This document shows positions 29,291 through 38,693 of a stretch of 38,873 nt of DNA, in pieces. The translations under genes and the position numbers were made by a program. The stretch lies in the NCBI GenBank assembly GCA_900299405.1, contig OMJP01000010.1, positions 1-38,873 of the forward strand. The letters run 5' to 3'. Positions within the stretch are counted from its first letter, which is position 1. The number at the start of each line of letters is the position of its first letter. The stretch comes from a bacterium (lineage in GTDB: Bacteria > Patescibacteriota > Microgenomatia > UBA1400 > PJMF01). Under the pieces are notes generated by a model, which was not told the origin of the DNA, made no database searches, and worked only from the letters and a program-made list of their open reading frames with translations.

Positions 29291-30373
29291 ATGACAGAAA
29301 ACAACACACAAACCACTAGCATGCAGGCCTTACTAGAGATGGTGGTGACGCGCGGCGGCTCGGATCTTCACATATTGGTCGGCTCTCCACCCCACGTGCG
29401 AATCGCCAACCAGCTCTATCCGGTCGAAAACCTGCCGCCGCTCACCGTGGAGGCTGCCGAGCAGCTGATCTTGCCCCTGATGAACCCCGAGCAGCAGGAG
29501 TACTTCCGCACCAATCGCGAACTGGACTTCAGCTACCAATACAGCGATCGTGGTCGTTTCCGGGTCAATGTTTATTACGAAAAAGGTCGTATTGCTGCTG
29601 CTTTACGCTTAATTCCTTTACAGATCAAAACTATCGATGAGCTCGGTCTGCCAAGTGTTTTTCACCAACTAACCCAGTTTTCTCAAGGATTGGTGCTAAT
29701 TACTGGTCCCACTGGTGAGGGAAAATCGACCACTTTGGCGGCGATGATCGACGAGATCAACCACACGCGCAGTGAACACATCATCACTGTTGAGGATCCA
29801 GTAGAGTTTGTTTACCGACCGGATAAAAGCATTATTTCCCAGCGCGAAGTCGGCAAAGACACTCACTCTTGGGAAATAGCCTTGCGTTCGGCTTTGCGTG
29901 AGGATCCTGATGTAGTGCTGGTCGGTGAAATGCGAGATCTGGAGACCATTGCCGCCGCCATCACCATTGCCGAAACCGGCCATTTGGTTTTAGCTACTTT
30001 GCACACCGCTACTGCTGCTCAGACGATTGACCGCATTATCGACGTTTTCCCTAGTCACCAGCAGGATCAGGTCAGGATGCAGCTGGCTGCTACTTTACGC
30101 TATGTGGCTTCGCAAAGACTGGTGAGCAAAAAAGATGGCAGTCTGACGGCAGTTTTTGAGTTACTTTCGGCCAACTCAGCAGTGCAAAACCTAATCAGAG
30201 AGAGCAAAACTTACCAAATCGACAACGTCATCCAGACCTCGGCCAACGAAGGGATGATGCTGATCGAAGCCAATTTGGCTCAACTGGTCAGACAAGGGGT
30301 CATCACCAAAGAGCAGGCGCTCAAAAAGGCCTTTCGCCCCCACGAATTATCGAGATTGTTGGGAGAGGGTTAG
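29291..30373 (+). CDS. pilT: Type IV pilus retraction ATPase
   Basis: SDLHI, RFRVN, GPTGEGKSTT, ALREDPD, AETGHLV..TLH, AVQNLIRE (AIRNLIRE-like). Confidence 0.95.
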   Translation: MTENNTQTTSMQALLEMVVTRGGSDLHILVGSPPHVRIANQLYPVENLPPLTVEAAEQLILPLMNPEQQEYFRTNRELDFSYQYSDRGRFRVNVYYEKGRIAAALRLIPLQIKTIDELGLPSVFHQLTQFSQGLVLITGPTGEGKSTTLAAMIDEINHTRSEHIITVEDPVEFVYRPDKSIISQREVGKDTHSWEIALRSALREDPDVVLVGEMRDLETIAAAITIAETGHLVLATLHTATAAQTIDRIIDVFPSHQQDQVRMQLAATLRYVASQRLVSKKDGSLTAVFELLSANSAVQNLIRESKTYQIDNVIQTSANEGMMLIEANLAQLVRQGVITKEQALKKAFRPHELSRLLGEG

Positions 30374-30385
30374 CCCTAGAAATAT

Positions 30386-31588
30386 ATGCCGATTTTTTCT
30401 TACACCGCCAAAAACACCCACGGCGAGACTGTCAAAGGCAAAGTCGAGGCTCAAGCCAAAGATCAAGCTGCTTCGATTTTGATCAGTCGTCAATTATTGG
30501 TGATCGATGTCGTGCCACTGACTGATTCGGGTCTGTCGATGGTCAATAGTTTTCTCAACAAAGTTAAGCACGAAGATTTAGTAAACTTTACTCGGCAGCT
30601 GGCAACGATGATCGAGTCAGGCCTGCCGTTGGCCAAGGCTTTGTCGATTTTGCGCGAACAAAACAACCCTGCGATGGGAGAAGTGGTTGGTAATTTGCTG
30701 CGTGAGATCGAGGGTGGCAGCACTTTTTCCCAAGCTTTGGCCAAACAGCCAGATGTATTCAACCGTATCTATATCCAGCTGATCAAAGCAGGAGAAATCG
30801 GCGGCGTCTTGGACCAAGTCTTGAATAAACTGGCCGAAAACCTGGAGAAAGACAAAGAGTTCCGTGCCAAAACCAAAGGGGCAATGATTTATCCAGTGAT
30901 CGTCATGTCAGCAATGCTGGTGGTAGGTTTCGTGATGATGGTGTTTGTGATTCCCAAACTCTCAGATATGTACACTGATTTTGGGGCCGAGCTGCCTCTG
31001 CCGACCTTAATTCTGATTTCGATGGCAAACTTTGTTAGTCGTTTTTGGTGGCTGTTTGTTTTGCTAGCTATTGGGGCGGTTTTTGGCTTGCGGTCTTGGA
31101 AGCGCACTCCTCTGGGAGAAAGAAAGCTTGACCAGTTACTACTAAAGATGCCGATTATTGGCTCTTTGCGCGAACGAGTGATTTTGACGAACTTTACCAG
31201 AACTTTGTCGTTGCTGCTGACTGCGGGGGTGCCGCTGCTAAACTCTTTGGCGATCGTGTCGCAATCAATGGCTAGTGCTCTGTATCGCGATGCGATGACC
31301 GAAGTGACCAAAAAAGTAGAAAAAGGCGTTGCCCTTTCTCGGGCTATGTCGGTTTATGACCTCTTTCCGGGCATCTTACACCAGATGCTTTCGGTGGGTG
31401 AAGAAACAGGCAAACTCGATGAAGTACTGCTCAAACTTTCGAGTTATTTCGAGGCTGAAAGTGAGCAGGCAGTCAAAAACCTGACCTCAGCAATGGAGCC
31501 CGTGATCATGGTGGTTCTCGGTCTGGGTGTTGGGGCAATGGTGATCGCTATCATCATGCCGATCTACAGTCTGACCAGTCAGTTTTAG
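30386..31588 (+). CDS. pilC: Type IV pilus platform protein (PilC/GspF)
   Basis: FTRQLATM..SG.P, GE.GG.L, AMIYP, GEETGKL, EP..M motifs; three TM helices. Confidence 0.95.
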   Translation: MPIFSYTAKNTHGETVKGKVEAQAKDQAASILISRQLLVIDVVPLTDSGLSMVNSFLNKVKHEDLVNFTRQLATMIESGLPLAKALSILREQNNPAMGEVVGNLLREIEGGSTFSQALAKQPDVFNRIYIQLIKAGEIGGVLDQVLNKLAENLEKDKEFRAKTKGAMIYPVIVMSAMLVVGFVMMVFVIPKLSDMYTDFGAELPLPTLILISMANFVSRFWWLFVLLAIGAVFGLRSWKRTPLGERKLDQLLLKMPIIGSLRERVILTNFTRTLSLLLTAGVPLLNSLAIVSQSMASALYRDAMTEVTKKVEKGVALSRAMSVYDLFPGILHQMLSVGEETGKLDEVLLKLSSYFEAESEQAVKNLTSAMEPVIMVVLGLGVGAMVIAIIMPIYSLTSQF

Positions 31589-31659
31589 TCTTTGACTTGC
31601 CTTGACTACTCGATTTAGTGTAGAGTATTAACAGTTAATTAATTAACCAAAGGGAGACT

Positions 31660-32319
31660 ATGAAGTTACTGCCCACTATCAAAACCGCGCTGCAAACAGC
31701 AATCGGCGCTACTCGTCAATCAGGACGAGGTTTTACCATGATCGAGTTGCTGATCGTGATTGCCATTCTCGGTATTTTGGCGATCGCTGTTTTATCTGCT
31801 ATCAACCCTATTGAACAGATCAACCGTAGTCGAGACACTGGTAGCCGCTCCGATGCAGAGCAGCTCATTAGTGCCATCGATCGTTACTATGCTTTCAATG
31901 GTTATTATCCTTGGCAGACCGGCGCAGCCGACACTGCTAACGCTGCTTTGGCTTGGACTCAGTTCGAGGATTCCACTGATCTAACCGACAGTGGTGGCAC
32001 TTGTAAAGTAGCTGAAAAACTTGGTACGGCCACTACCGCTGGTTGTACTGGGGCCGATGAGCTCAAACAGAGCTTTTTGGACAGGGTCTCGGCCACTTCT
32101 TACAACTTCCTTTATCTCTACAATGATGGAGCTCAGGGAAGTAGCACTTATGCTTGTTTTGCTCCTCGTTCCCAGGCTTTTGTCCAGGAGGTCGAGCAAC
32201 GACTTGATCCAGATGGTGATGGCACTTTGGACAACTATCCAGCCGATTATCCGTCCGATGACGCGATTGGTAATACCACTGAATGTGGTACCGCTGGAAA
32301 CTGTGTCTGCTTGCCATAA
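31660..32319 (+). CDS. Probable major type IV pilin
   Basis: Class III signal RG|FTMIELLIVIAILGILA; strong SD AAGGGAG; own terminator; directly after pilC. Confidence 0.88.
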   Translation: MKLLPTIKTALQTAIGATRQSGRGFTMIELLIVIAILGILAIAVLSAINPIEQINRSRDTGSRSDAEQLISAIDRYYAFNGYYPWQTGAADTANAALAWTQFEDSTDLTDSGGTCKVAEKLGTATTAGCTGADELKQSFLDRVSATSYNFLYLYNDGAQGSSTYACFAPRSQAFVQEVEQRLDPDGDGTLDNYPADYPSDDAIGNTTECGTAGNCVCLP

Positions 32320-32339
32320 GCTGATTAATAAGCAACGAG

Positions 32340-32366
32340 AAACACCCCGCTCAGGCGGGGTGTTTT
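32340..32366 (+). terminator. Rho-independent terminator after the major pilin
   Basis: AAACACCCCGC-TCAG-GCGGGGTGTTTT. Confidence 0.88.
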
Positions 32367-32390
32367 AGTTAAACAAGGTATACTGGAGAT

Positions 32391-33218
32391 ATGGTTTTTT
32401 CGTGGTTAATTGGCGGTTTGTTATTCATGGTGGGCGCTGCAGTGGGCAGCTTTCTCAATGTCCTTGTTTCTCGCTCTCTAGAGGGTAAGAACTGGCTGAC
32501 TGGGCGCTCTCAGTGTGATCACTGTGACAAGCAATTGGCTTGGTACGAGAACATTCCCCTGCTGTCTTTTGTCTTACTGCACGGTCGATGTGCCCACTGT
32601 CAGCGCCCCATCGATCTGAGTCATTTCTTGGCAGAAATCCTGACAGGCTCGCTGTTTTTGTGGTGGTACGCGGCTATTGTTTTCATTTTCCAGCTGGTTA
32701 CCAATCCTCTCGCCTATCTTCAGCCGTTATTTTGGCTGGTTGTCGGTTTGTTGGCGGTGGTGATTTTTATCAGTGATTGGCGCTATCAGCTGATTCCTCG
32801 CTGGACGATTGTTGCTTTGACGGCTTTGTCGCTGGCTTACCGCTTGCTGCTAGTCAGTGTTGGTGCAATGCAGTCGGCAGATTTTTGGCAGGGCCTACTA
32901 GCCACCCTACTGTTGGTAGGCTTTTTCTTTGGTCTGTGGAAATTAACCAAAGAGCGGGGTTTTGGTGATGGTGATGTGCAGTTGGCTGTACCACTGGGTT
33001 TATTATTGGGCACCTGGCAGCGAATCACAGTGGCGGTGATGCTGGCTTTTTTCTTGGGAGCAGCTGTTGGCTTGGTATTAATTCTCTTCAAAAGGAAAAA
33101 ATTCGGTCAAACGATTGCTTTTGGTCCATTTTTACTACTAGGAGCCTTGCTTAGTCTGGTCTGGGGGTATGAAATCTGGGATTGGTATGTCAGGATATTA
33201 TCAGGAACTGCCCTATGA
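32391..33218 (+). CDS. pilD: Prepilin peptidase/N-methyltransferase
   Basis: GSFLNV, RSQCDHC and GRCAHC Zn motifs, catalytic Asp in SDWRY and GDGDV, FGPFL. Confidence 0.95.
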   Translation: MVFSWLIGGLLFMVGAAVGSFLNVLVSRSLEGKNWLTGRSQCDHCDKQLAWYENIPLLSFVLLHGRCAHCQRPIDLSHFLAEILTGSLFLWWYAAIVFIFQLVTNPLAYLQPLFWLVVGLLAVVIFISDWRYQLIPRWTIVALTALSLAYRLLLVSVGAMQSADFWQGLLATLLLVGFFFGLWKLTKERGFGDGDVQLAVPLGLLLGTWQRITVAVMLAFFLGAAVGLVLILFKRKKFGQTIAFGPFLLLGALLSLVWGYEIWDWYVRILSGTAL

Positions 33219-34243
33219 GAATTCTACGTCTCTTTTTTTCCTTTACTGTGGCGATTTTGGCGATTGGCAGTGTGTCGCTGCTGATTGGCAGAGAGCTATT
33301 GCTTTATTTAGGAATCAATCAGGTTCGGGGTGCGGCTCGTGAGCTACGTTCTTTGGAAGTCGGTAGTGAGTTTGCTCAGACTTGTTTGGAATACGGTGGG
33401 TCACTGCCAGAAAACGAGGCTCTTACCAAATTACAACTGCGTTTTACATCGGACAAAGAATATGTTTTGGAGGCTGTTTGTCATGGTGGCGAGGCGGTGC
33501 GTAAGGTCTTCCGCCAGGACTCCCTTCCCCCACTGGTGCTGAAGGTTGCTGGTCAGTCAGGCATCGTCAGTGGTCAGGAAAACCACGGGGTGATGCTGAG
33601 TATTCTGGGCAGAACAGGTGCTGTTTTTGAGGAAGATGAGTTTATCCGTAGTTCTTTGAGTGTCAAAAACAAGGCAGAGCTTGATTTCAGTCAGGGACCT
33701 ACGACTACTTGCTCGGGTTATGGCTATGCGTGCTGCAATGAGAATTATCAAGTTGGTCAGGGTGACCAACAGCAGGCAGCGCTCGATTGTCCTCGATCTT
33801 GTTATAGTCAGTGTGCTGATCGGCCGGTGGTCTTGGGTTTCAACAGTGACCCTCGAGCTGATTTAGAGACGAATGTAGTGACGGTCGATGCCGGCGATGA
33901 GGTCGAGTTTTTCTACACGGTCAGCGATATTCGTGGCGATGCTTTTGCCCAGTTTGATGAACTCGATAATCAGGTCAGCCTGTCATGGGATCAGCGCTTA
34001 CTCAACTCGCTCGCCCAATGGTTTCCCCAAGGAAAAACCACTGATTCTTTGGAAAAAATCGTGATCAATTTCGGCGATGGTAGTGCGCTGGATTTGTCTG
34101 ACTTGCAAGGCAGTGTCACTCACGCCTATACTTGTACCAGACAGCTTTGTGTTTATAACGCCACGGTTCAAGCCGTGACTGTCGAAGGTCTAACTAGTGC
34201 CTTGAATGAAACCAGTAAAGTTCAAGTGCAAGTAAGGCCTTAG
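33215..34243 (+). CDS. Membrane-anchored Cys-rich protein with C-terminal PKD-like domain
   Basis: N-terminal hydrophobic helix, CSGYGYACC...CPRSCYSQC cluster, INFGDGS...HAY PKD motif; ATGA overlap with pilD. Confidence 0.7.
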   Translation: MRILRLFFSFTVAILAIGSVSLLIGRELLLYLGINQVRGAARELRSLEVGSEFAQTCLEYGGSLPENEALTKLQLRFTSDKEYVLEAVCHGGEAVRKVFRQDSLPPLVLKVAGQSGIVSGQENHGVMLSILGRTGAVFEEDEFIRSSLSVKNKAELDFSQGPTTTCSGYGYACCNENYQVGQGDQQQAALDCPRSCYSQCADRPVVLGFNSDPRADLETNVVTVDAGDEVEFFYTVSDIRGDAFAQFDELDNQVSLSWDQRLLNSLAQWFPQGKTTDSLEKIVINFGDGSALDLSDLQGSVTHAYTCTRQLCVYNATVQAVTVEGLTSALNETSKVQVQVRP

Positions 34244-34260
34244 GAAAGTGAAAGGAAAAC

Positions 34261-34698
34261 ATGATCTTCAAAAAAAATCGCGGTTTTAGTTTGCTCGAGT
34301 TATTGGTAGTGATCTCTATCATTGGTATCTTGGTTTCGATTAGTGCGGTGGCTTTCAATGTGGCTCAGCGGTCAGGACGTGATGCTCGCCGCCGTGAAGA
34401 TGTCAAAGCGATGCAGAGCGCTTTCGAGCAATACATGGCAGAAAATGGTACTTATGAGGCGTGTGACACCATGGCGGAATATGATAGTGGCTCTGGAGCG
34501 TTGATGCCTGGCGGTTTACCCACTGACCCGCGCAATACTGGCAGCTATGTGTATAACACCAGCGATGGTTGCGACGCCACTAGTTACTGTATTTGTGCCT
34601 ATCTGGAAAGCGGTACTGGGAATGCTAATGCCCCGACAGCAGCGACTTGTGACTATGCTGCTGGCGGTGATTATTATTGTCTAACTAACCTACAATGA
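34261..34698 (+). CDS. Type IV pilin-like protein (GspG-like)
   Basis: RG|FSLLELLVVI, RDARRRED...A.E.Y, P.DP, Cys-containing C-terminus. Confidence 0.9.
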   Translation: MIFKKNRGFSLLELLVVISIIGILVSISAVAFNVAQRSGRDARRREDVKAMQSAFEQYMAENGTYEACDTMAEYDSGSGALMPGGLPTDPRNTGSYVYNTSDGCDATSYCICAYLESGTGNANAPTAATCDYAAGGDYYCLTNLQ

Positions 34699-35099
34699 AA
34701 AAACGCTTTTTAACTGGTTTTACGATGATCGAGCTGCTGGTAGTGACCACGATCATGATTATCTTGACCACGATTGCTCTGGTTAGTTATCGCAACGCGA
34801 CGCAAAACAGTCGTAATGCGAAACGCAAGACCGATGTTCAGACTGTCCGCCAGGCCTTAGTCCTCTACCGCAGCGACAATGGCTGTTATCCAGAAGACTC
34901 TACTTATTTGGAAATGGTGGCGACTATTAGTGAATATCTGAGCGAAATTCCTTACGACCCCCAAGGATCAGAGGCGGAGCCTGGTTACACCTATACTCCG
35001 AGTGGAGTGGGAAGTTGCAATACTACTGAGGCCACAGGGTTTAGTTTGGAAGCCACTTTAGAACCGGACGATACTGCCTATACCGTGCAGAATCCTTGA
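34695..35099 (+). CDS. Type IV pilin-like protein (GspG-like)
   Basis: TG|FTMIELLVV, RNAKRKTD...AL.LY, P.DP; ATGA-coupled. Confidence 0.9.
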   Translation: MKKRFLTGFTMIELLVVTTIMIILTTIALVSYRNATQNSRNAKRKTDVQTVRQALVLYRSDNGCYPEDSTYLEMVATISEYLSEIPYDPQGSEAEPGYTYTPSGVGSCNTTEATGFSLEATLEPDDTAYTVQNP

Positions 35100-35102
35100 T
35101 AT

Positions 35103-35579
35103 ATGAAACTCAATAACGGCTTTACTTTGATTGAATTACTGGTAGTGATTGCGATTTCTTTGGTGGTGTTGGGCGGCGCCTTGGCTGCTTTTATCAATTA
35201 TTCTGAACGGCGGTCGGTGCTGAATGCTGCCAATGAGCTCAAGACTTATTTGGTTGCAGCCCAAAACAGAGCCAATGCTGGTGATCTGGGTGGTTGTGAC
35301 CAGCTGGCTGGCTACCGAGTACAGACTTATCTCAATGGTAACGTGACGGAAATGAGTTCTCAGGCGGTTTGTGAGACTGGTACGGCCGATACGGCCCGCA
35401 TCCAACAGCTTCCTGGAGGAGTGACTGTTAGCCCCAACGTGGATGTGACTTTTCAGGTCTTGAATGCTGGCTTCAACCTGGATGATGCTAGTGAAGATGT
35501 CACTGTGTCTGGTGGCAGCAATAGCTATTTGTTTACTATTTATCGTGAGGGTCGAGTGAGTGAAGGAGACTGGCAGTGA
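35103..35579 (+). CDS. Minor pilin (FimT/GspH-like)
   Basis: NG|FTLIELLVVI, A..L...L..AQ..A helix. Confidence 0.85.
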   Translation: MKLNNGFTLIELLVVIAISLVVLGGALAAFINYSERRSVLNAANELKTYLVAAQNRANAGDLGGCDQLAGYRVQTYLNGNVTEMSSQAVCETGTADTARIQQLPGGVTVSPNVDVTFQVLNAGFNLDDASEDVTVSGGSNSYLFTIYREGRVSEGDWQ

Positions 35580-36031
35580 GGGGTTCTAGTTTGGTCGAGA
35601 TCGTGATTGTGACGGGGGTGATGGGCTTAGTGCTGACTGCGATCGTGGCTGGGCTGACTTTGTCGCTGAAAACTAATGCCGAGGCTGAGTATCGAGCCCA
35701 AGCGGTCAAGCGTAGTCAAAACGCGATGGAGGTTTTTCGTAGAGAGAGAACGGTGCGTGGTTGGGACACTTTCCTGGCTAGTTTTACTGATGGGGCGACT
35801 TATTGTCTGGCTGAGCTTCCCGAACCGAGTGCTGAGTTTGTCAGTGGTGAGTGCGAGGATGGTCAATCGATTGTGGTATCTGGGATTGATTTTTATCGTG
35901 AGGCGACGATTGATATCGACACTACTACTCCCTCAGATCCTCAGGTAAGGGTACAGATCAACACTACTTGGGATTCTGGCGGTGGTGAGCGCAACGTAGA
36001 GTTGGTCCAGGTTTTCCGCCAGTTTAATTAA
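35576..36031 (+). CDS. Minor pilin (PilV-like)
   Basis: RG|SSLVEIVIV, A......ME..R helix, C-terminal V.V...W; GTGA overlap with the previous gene. Confidence 0.8.
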   Translation: MRGSSLVEIVIVTGVMGLVLTAIVAGLTLSLKTNAEAEYRAQAVKRSQNAMEVFRRERTVRGWDTFLASFTDGATYCLAELPEPSAEFVSGECEDGQSIVVSGIDFYREATIDIDTTTPSDPQVRVQINTTWDSGGGERNVELVQVFRQFN

Positions 36032-36579
36032 TTGTTTCTCAAAGTTACTCCGGTTTGGAAGTTTTCGATGGCTGTTTCTCTGCCCTCTTCTTCTCCGGTG
36101 CCGATTTTTAGATCAAAGCTGACTCCGACGTAGTAGGAGCCTTCTGCCCCGTTCAGGCAGGTGAAGTTCAGATTCGAGAGGGTGGTTTCATCAGAGGTGA
36201 GGTAGTAGTAATCGTCGATGGCGGTGGAGTGCGAGGCGATTTTGGGGTCTTCCTCTGGATAGGCTTGCAGGGTGGTAACGTAGCCATCGAGGCCTTCCAA
36301 AGCGATGTTGGTCATCGGGTTTTCAGAGTCGTTATTGCAGGTAGTGGCACCATCTAGTCCGGGCACTAATCTCTTGGTGTTCCGCATCAAAAACTCGATC
36401 TGCGAGAGGGCGCTTTCTCCCTCACTTTTTACCCGCTGGGAAATGCTGGCTTTATTTGAGGCGATCAGGAAGGTCATAAACATGGTAGTGACGGTCAGCA
36501 TGATCAGCACGGTCAGCGAGGCCACCACTAGTAGTTCGATCAAGGTGAAACCAGAAGGGTGTTTTTGGGCAGTTGGCAA
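36028..36579 (-). CDS. Minor pilin (PilW/GspJ-like), convergent with the main pilin run
   Basis: SG|FTLIELLVV, LTS.....L.F.C, FQT.VTLRN C-terminus; TTG start. Confidence 0.85.
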   Translation of the reverse strand: MPTAQKHPSGFTLIELLVVASLTVLIMLTVTTMFMTFLIASNKASISQRVKSEGESALSQIEFLMRNTKRLVPGLDGATTCNNDSENPMTNIALEGLDGYVTTLQAYPEEDPKIASHSTAIDDYYYLTSDETTLSNLNFTCLNGAEGSYYVGVSFDLKIGTGEEEGRETAIENFQTGVTLRNN

Positions 36580-36583
36580 ATCT

Positions 36584-36670
36584 TTAACTTTTCTTGTCTA
36601 AATACCAGATGTAAAGGCCACCCAATGTCATCACAGTAAAGATCAGGGTTAAAGTTTGATTAGCGTCCAT
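36584..36670 (-). CDS. 28-aa single-TM peptide MDANQTLTLIFTVMTLGGLYIWYLDKKS
   Basis: Strong SD GGGAGG just upstream of the ATG, overlaps the upstream gene stop, one hydrophobic helix with a basic tail. Confidence 0.6.
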   Translation of the reverse strand: MDANQTLTLIFTVMTLGGLYIWYLDKKS

Positions 36671-36878
36671 AGTTCCTCCCATCATGATGTTCTTTCTGGA
36701 GCAAATTAACGGATATGCTCCACAGTAATAGTGATGACAGTATACCAAATAAAAAGGTTGGGTTAATGATATTCGCCTGAGATATCTGTACAAAAACCAG
36801 TCCACCAATTGCCAAATTGGCTGTGTCAGCTAACTTATCCGCAAGATGTTTTCTTTGTTTTTGGTTTAATTTAGTCAT
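36660..36878 (-). CDS. 72-aa two-TM membrane protein
   Basis: Amphipathic N-terminus plus two TM helices; TATAGT 7 nt before the ATG. Confidence 0.7.
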   Translation of the reverse strand: MTKLNQKQRKHLADKLADTANLAIGGLVFVQISQANIINPTFLFGILSSLLLWSISVNLLQKEHHDGRNYGR

Positions 36879-36921
36879 TAACTAAACTATAACCAAGTTT
36901 TTTGACATTAACTGTAACTTT

Positions 36922-38682
36922 TTAAAATCTAGGACTAATTTCTCTCCAGGTCATTTGTGGTGACTTGATTTCCTGAGGAGCGTTGAGTAGTAGGTCAGGT
37001 CTATAAACAAATACCTCAGTAGCAGTGTTGTTGTTCAGGGTTGGGCTACTGCCGTTATCAAAGTTTCTTTGGAGGTCTACTCCACTCCAGCCGACAAAGG
37101 TGCCTGCCCCAATCAGCTTTCGATCGGTAGTACCTGCTTGTCCCGCCACTGCTAGTACTCCGTCAGCGACATATACTCCTTCGATGTTGGCTACATTTGC
37201 TTGGGTGGCATCGGTGGTAATGGTGTTGTAGCCGACACTAGAATTGATAGTTAGATCATTATTTACCACAAACATCAGGAAGCCTGTACCTCCGGTAGCG
37301 ACGGTGATGACTCGAGTGTTTCCTGGGACGGTATCATCGATGATGAGATCTCCGTTGACTAGCACTACGATTTGTTCGTCATTGGCGACACTCCAACCAT
37401 GGGTTTCGTTGATGGTTAGGTCACCGTTGTATAGATAAGTCACCAGACCTTCTTCCGCTGTTGGTTTGTTGGCATTAGCCAGTGTTACAGCACTGCCTGC
37501 CAATTTGTTGTAAAAATAATTGTAATTTTCTGTTGGTACTTCTACTCCAGAGCCTTTGGCTTGCACGGCATTGGTGCGGCTGTCGCTTTCGTGGATGTAA
37601 TTGCCACCACTGTCACTGGTCACGATTTCTCCCAGCTTTGTCAGCGGGAAGCCGGCACTATCCAGATTTCCTGCCGCGTCAGAGCCAATCAAGGCAGGTT
37701 TACAGCTAGGAGATGTGCAGGTCGATTCAGGAATATTTGACTCAATATTGTTCAGCGCCCAAGCACTACCACCCAAAGTCTGGAACCAGGCACTGGCGAT
37801 GTTGCCACGTTGGACGAAGAAATTTACCCCGGAGCCAGGAGTTCTATTGGTATAAATACACCGATAAGGATCAGTAGGATCAGCGTTACAAGCACATTGC
37901 CAGGGATTATCAGGATCAGCAGGAGGGAAAGGCAGGTCTAAAGTAATAGTGTAGTCAGAGTTTTGAGTATTTGTAGTGATGTTGTATGTTGCGCCACTAA
38001 AAACTTTAGCCTTGTTTTCTCCAGTTCTGCTGACGTTTATAGTCCCTCCTGTAGAGGCCAAAGAAGAAGTATCTCCTACACAAAGATTATCAGTACCACC
38101 CAGTCCTCCTGGAGAAGCATTGGGGTCGTCATAAATATTTCCTATAAAAGTTCCAGTAGGAGTTGGTGTAGGAGTTGGCCCACCACCCCCTCCTCCTCCA
38201 CCAGGAGTTGGGGTAGGAGTGGGAGTAGGAGTTACGCTTTCTCCGTAACAACAACCAATTGTTGGTGGTGGAGTTCCATTGCACTCGTATTCTGTTTCAT
38301 ATACCTCCCTGGAATCGGCGTATACACCACAAGTTCCACTTTGAGAACAAGCTCCTAAATAGTTGCCCTCCATATCAACGCATTTACATGAGCTTGTTAC
38401 TACTGGTGGAACATCGCAAGATCCATATCCTGGACTAATTGAGCAGCTACAATTAGAACTTCCATTACAACTACAGGTGTCAGAATGGGCACCTTTGCTC
38501 CAGCAATAACTTCCGTTCCACTCACATGCAGTATGAACGGCAGCTGATCCACCATTTTCCTCCCAGCAAACGTATCCTGGACCACATCTGTCATCAGCTA
38601 ATGCTCTATTGTTATTAAAAAATAAAAATAAAAATACCAATATTATCGGTCGTAAAAAAAATTTAAAGTAATTTTTTAACAT
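36922..38682 (-). CDS. Large secreted protein: Cys-rich N-domain, PT/poly-G linker, beta-rich C-domain
   Basis: Signal peptide, dense Cys in residues ~33-145, (TP)n-G8-(PT)n, WFQTLGG motif, repeated (V/Y).GDL.I beta motifs, YRPDLL...W.EI.P end. Confidence 0.85.
   Translation of the reverse strand: MLKNYFKFFLRPIILVFLFLFFNNNRALADDRCGPGYVCWEENGGSAAVHTACEWNGSYCWSKGAHSDTCSCNGSSNCSCSISPGYGSCDVPPVVTSSCKCVDMEGNYLGACSQSGTCGVYADSREVYETEYECNGTPPPTIGCCYGESVTPTPTPTPTPGGGGGGGGPTPTPTPTGTFIGNIYDDPNASPGGLGGTDNLCVGDTSSLASTGGTINVSRTGENKAKVFSGATYNITTNTQNSDYTITLDLPFPPADPDNPWQCACNADPTDPYRCIYTNRTPGSGVNFFVQRGNIASAWFQTLGGSAWALNNIESNIPESTCTSPSCKPALIGSDAAGNLDSAGFPLTKLGEIVTSDSGGNYIHESDSRTNAVQAKGSGVEVPTENYNYFYNKLAGSAVTLANANKPTAEEGLVTYLYNGDLTINETHGWSVANDEQIVVLVNGDLIIDDTVPGNTRVITVATGGTGFLMFVVNNDLTINSSVGYNTITTDATQANVANIEGVYVADGVLAVAGQAGTTDRKLIGAGTFVGWSGVDLQRNFDNGSSPTLNNNTATEVFVYRPDLLLNAPQEIKSPQMTWREISPRF
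38155..38232 (-). repeat. Coding low-complexity repeat (Pro-Thr)n-Gly8-(Pro-Thr)n
   Basis: Codon-degenerate PT dipeptides flanking eight Gly codons. Confidence 0.85.
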
Positions 38683-38693
38683 TGATAGTTTAA

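Noticed and set aside
31660-36579. Silent pilin cassettes or shufflon-type variation
   Set aside because: All pilin-like genes have intact N-termini and divergent sequences; no shared recombination repeats were seen
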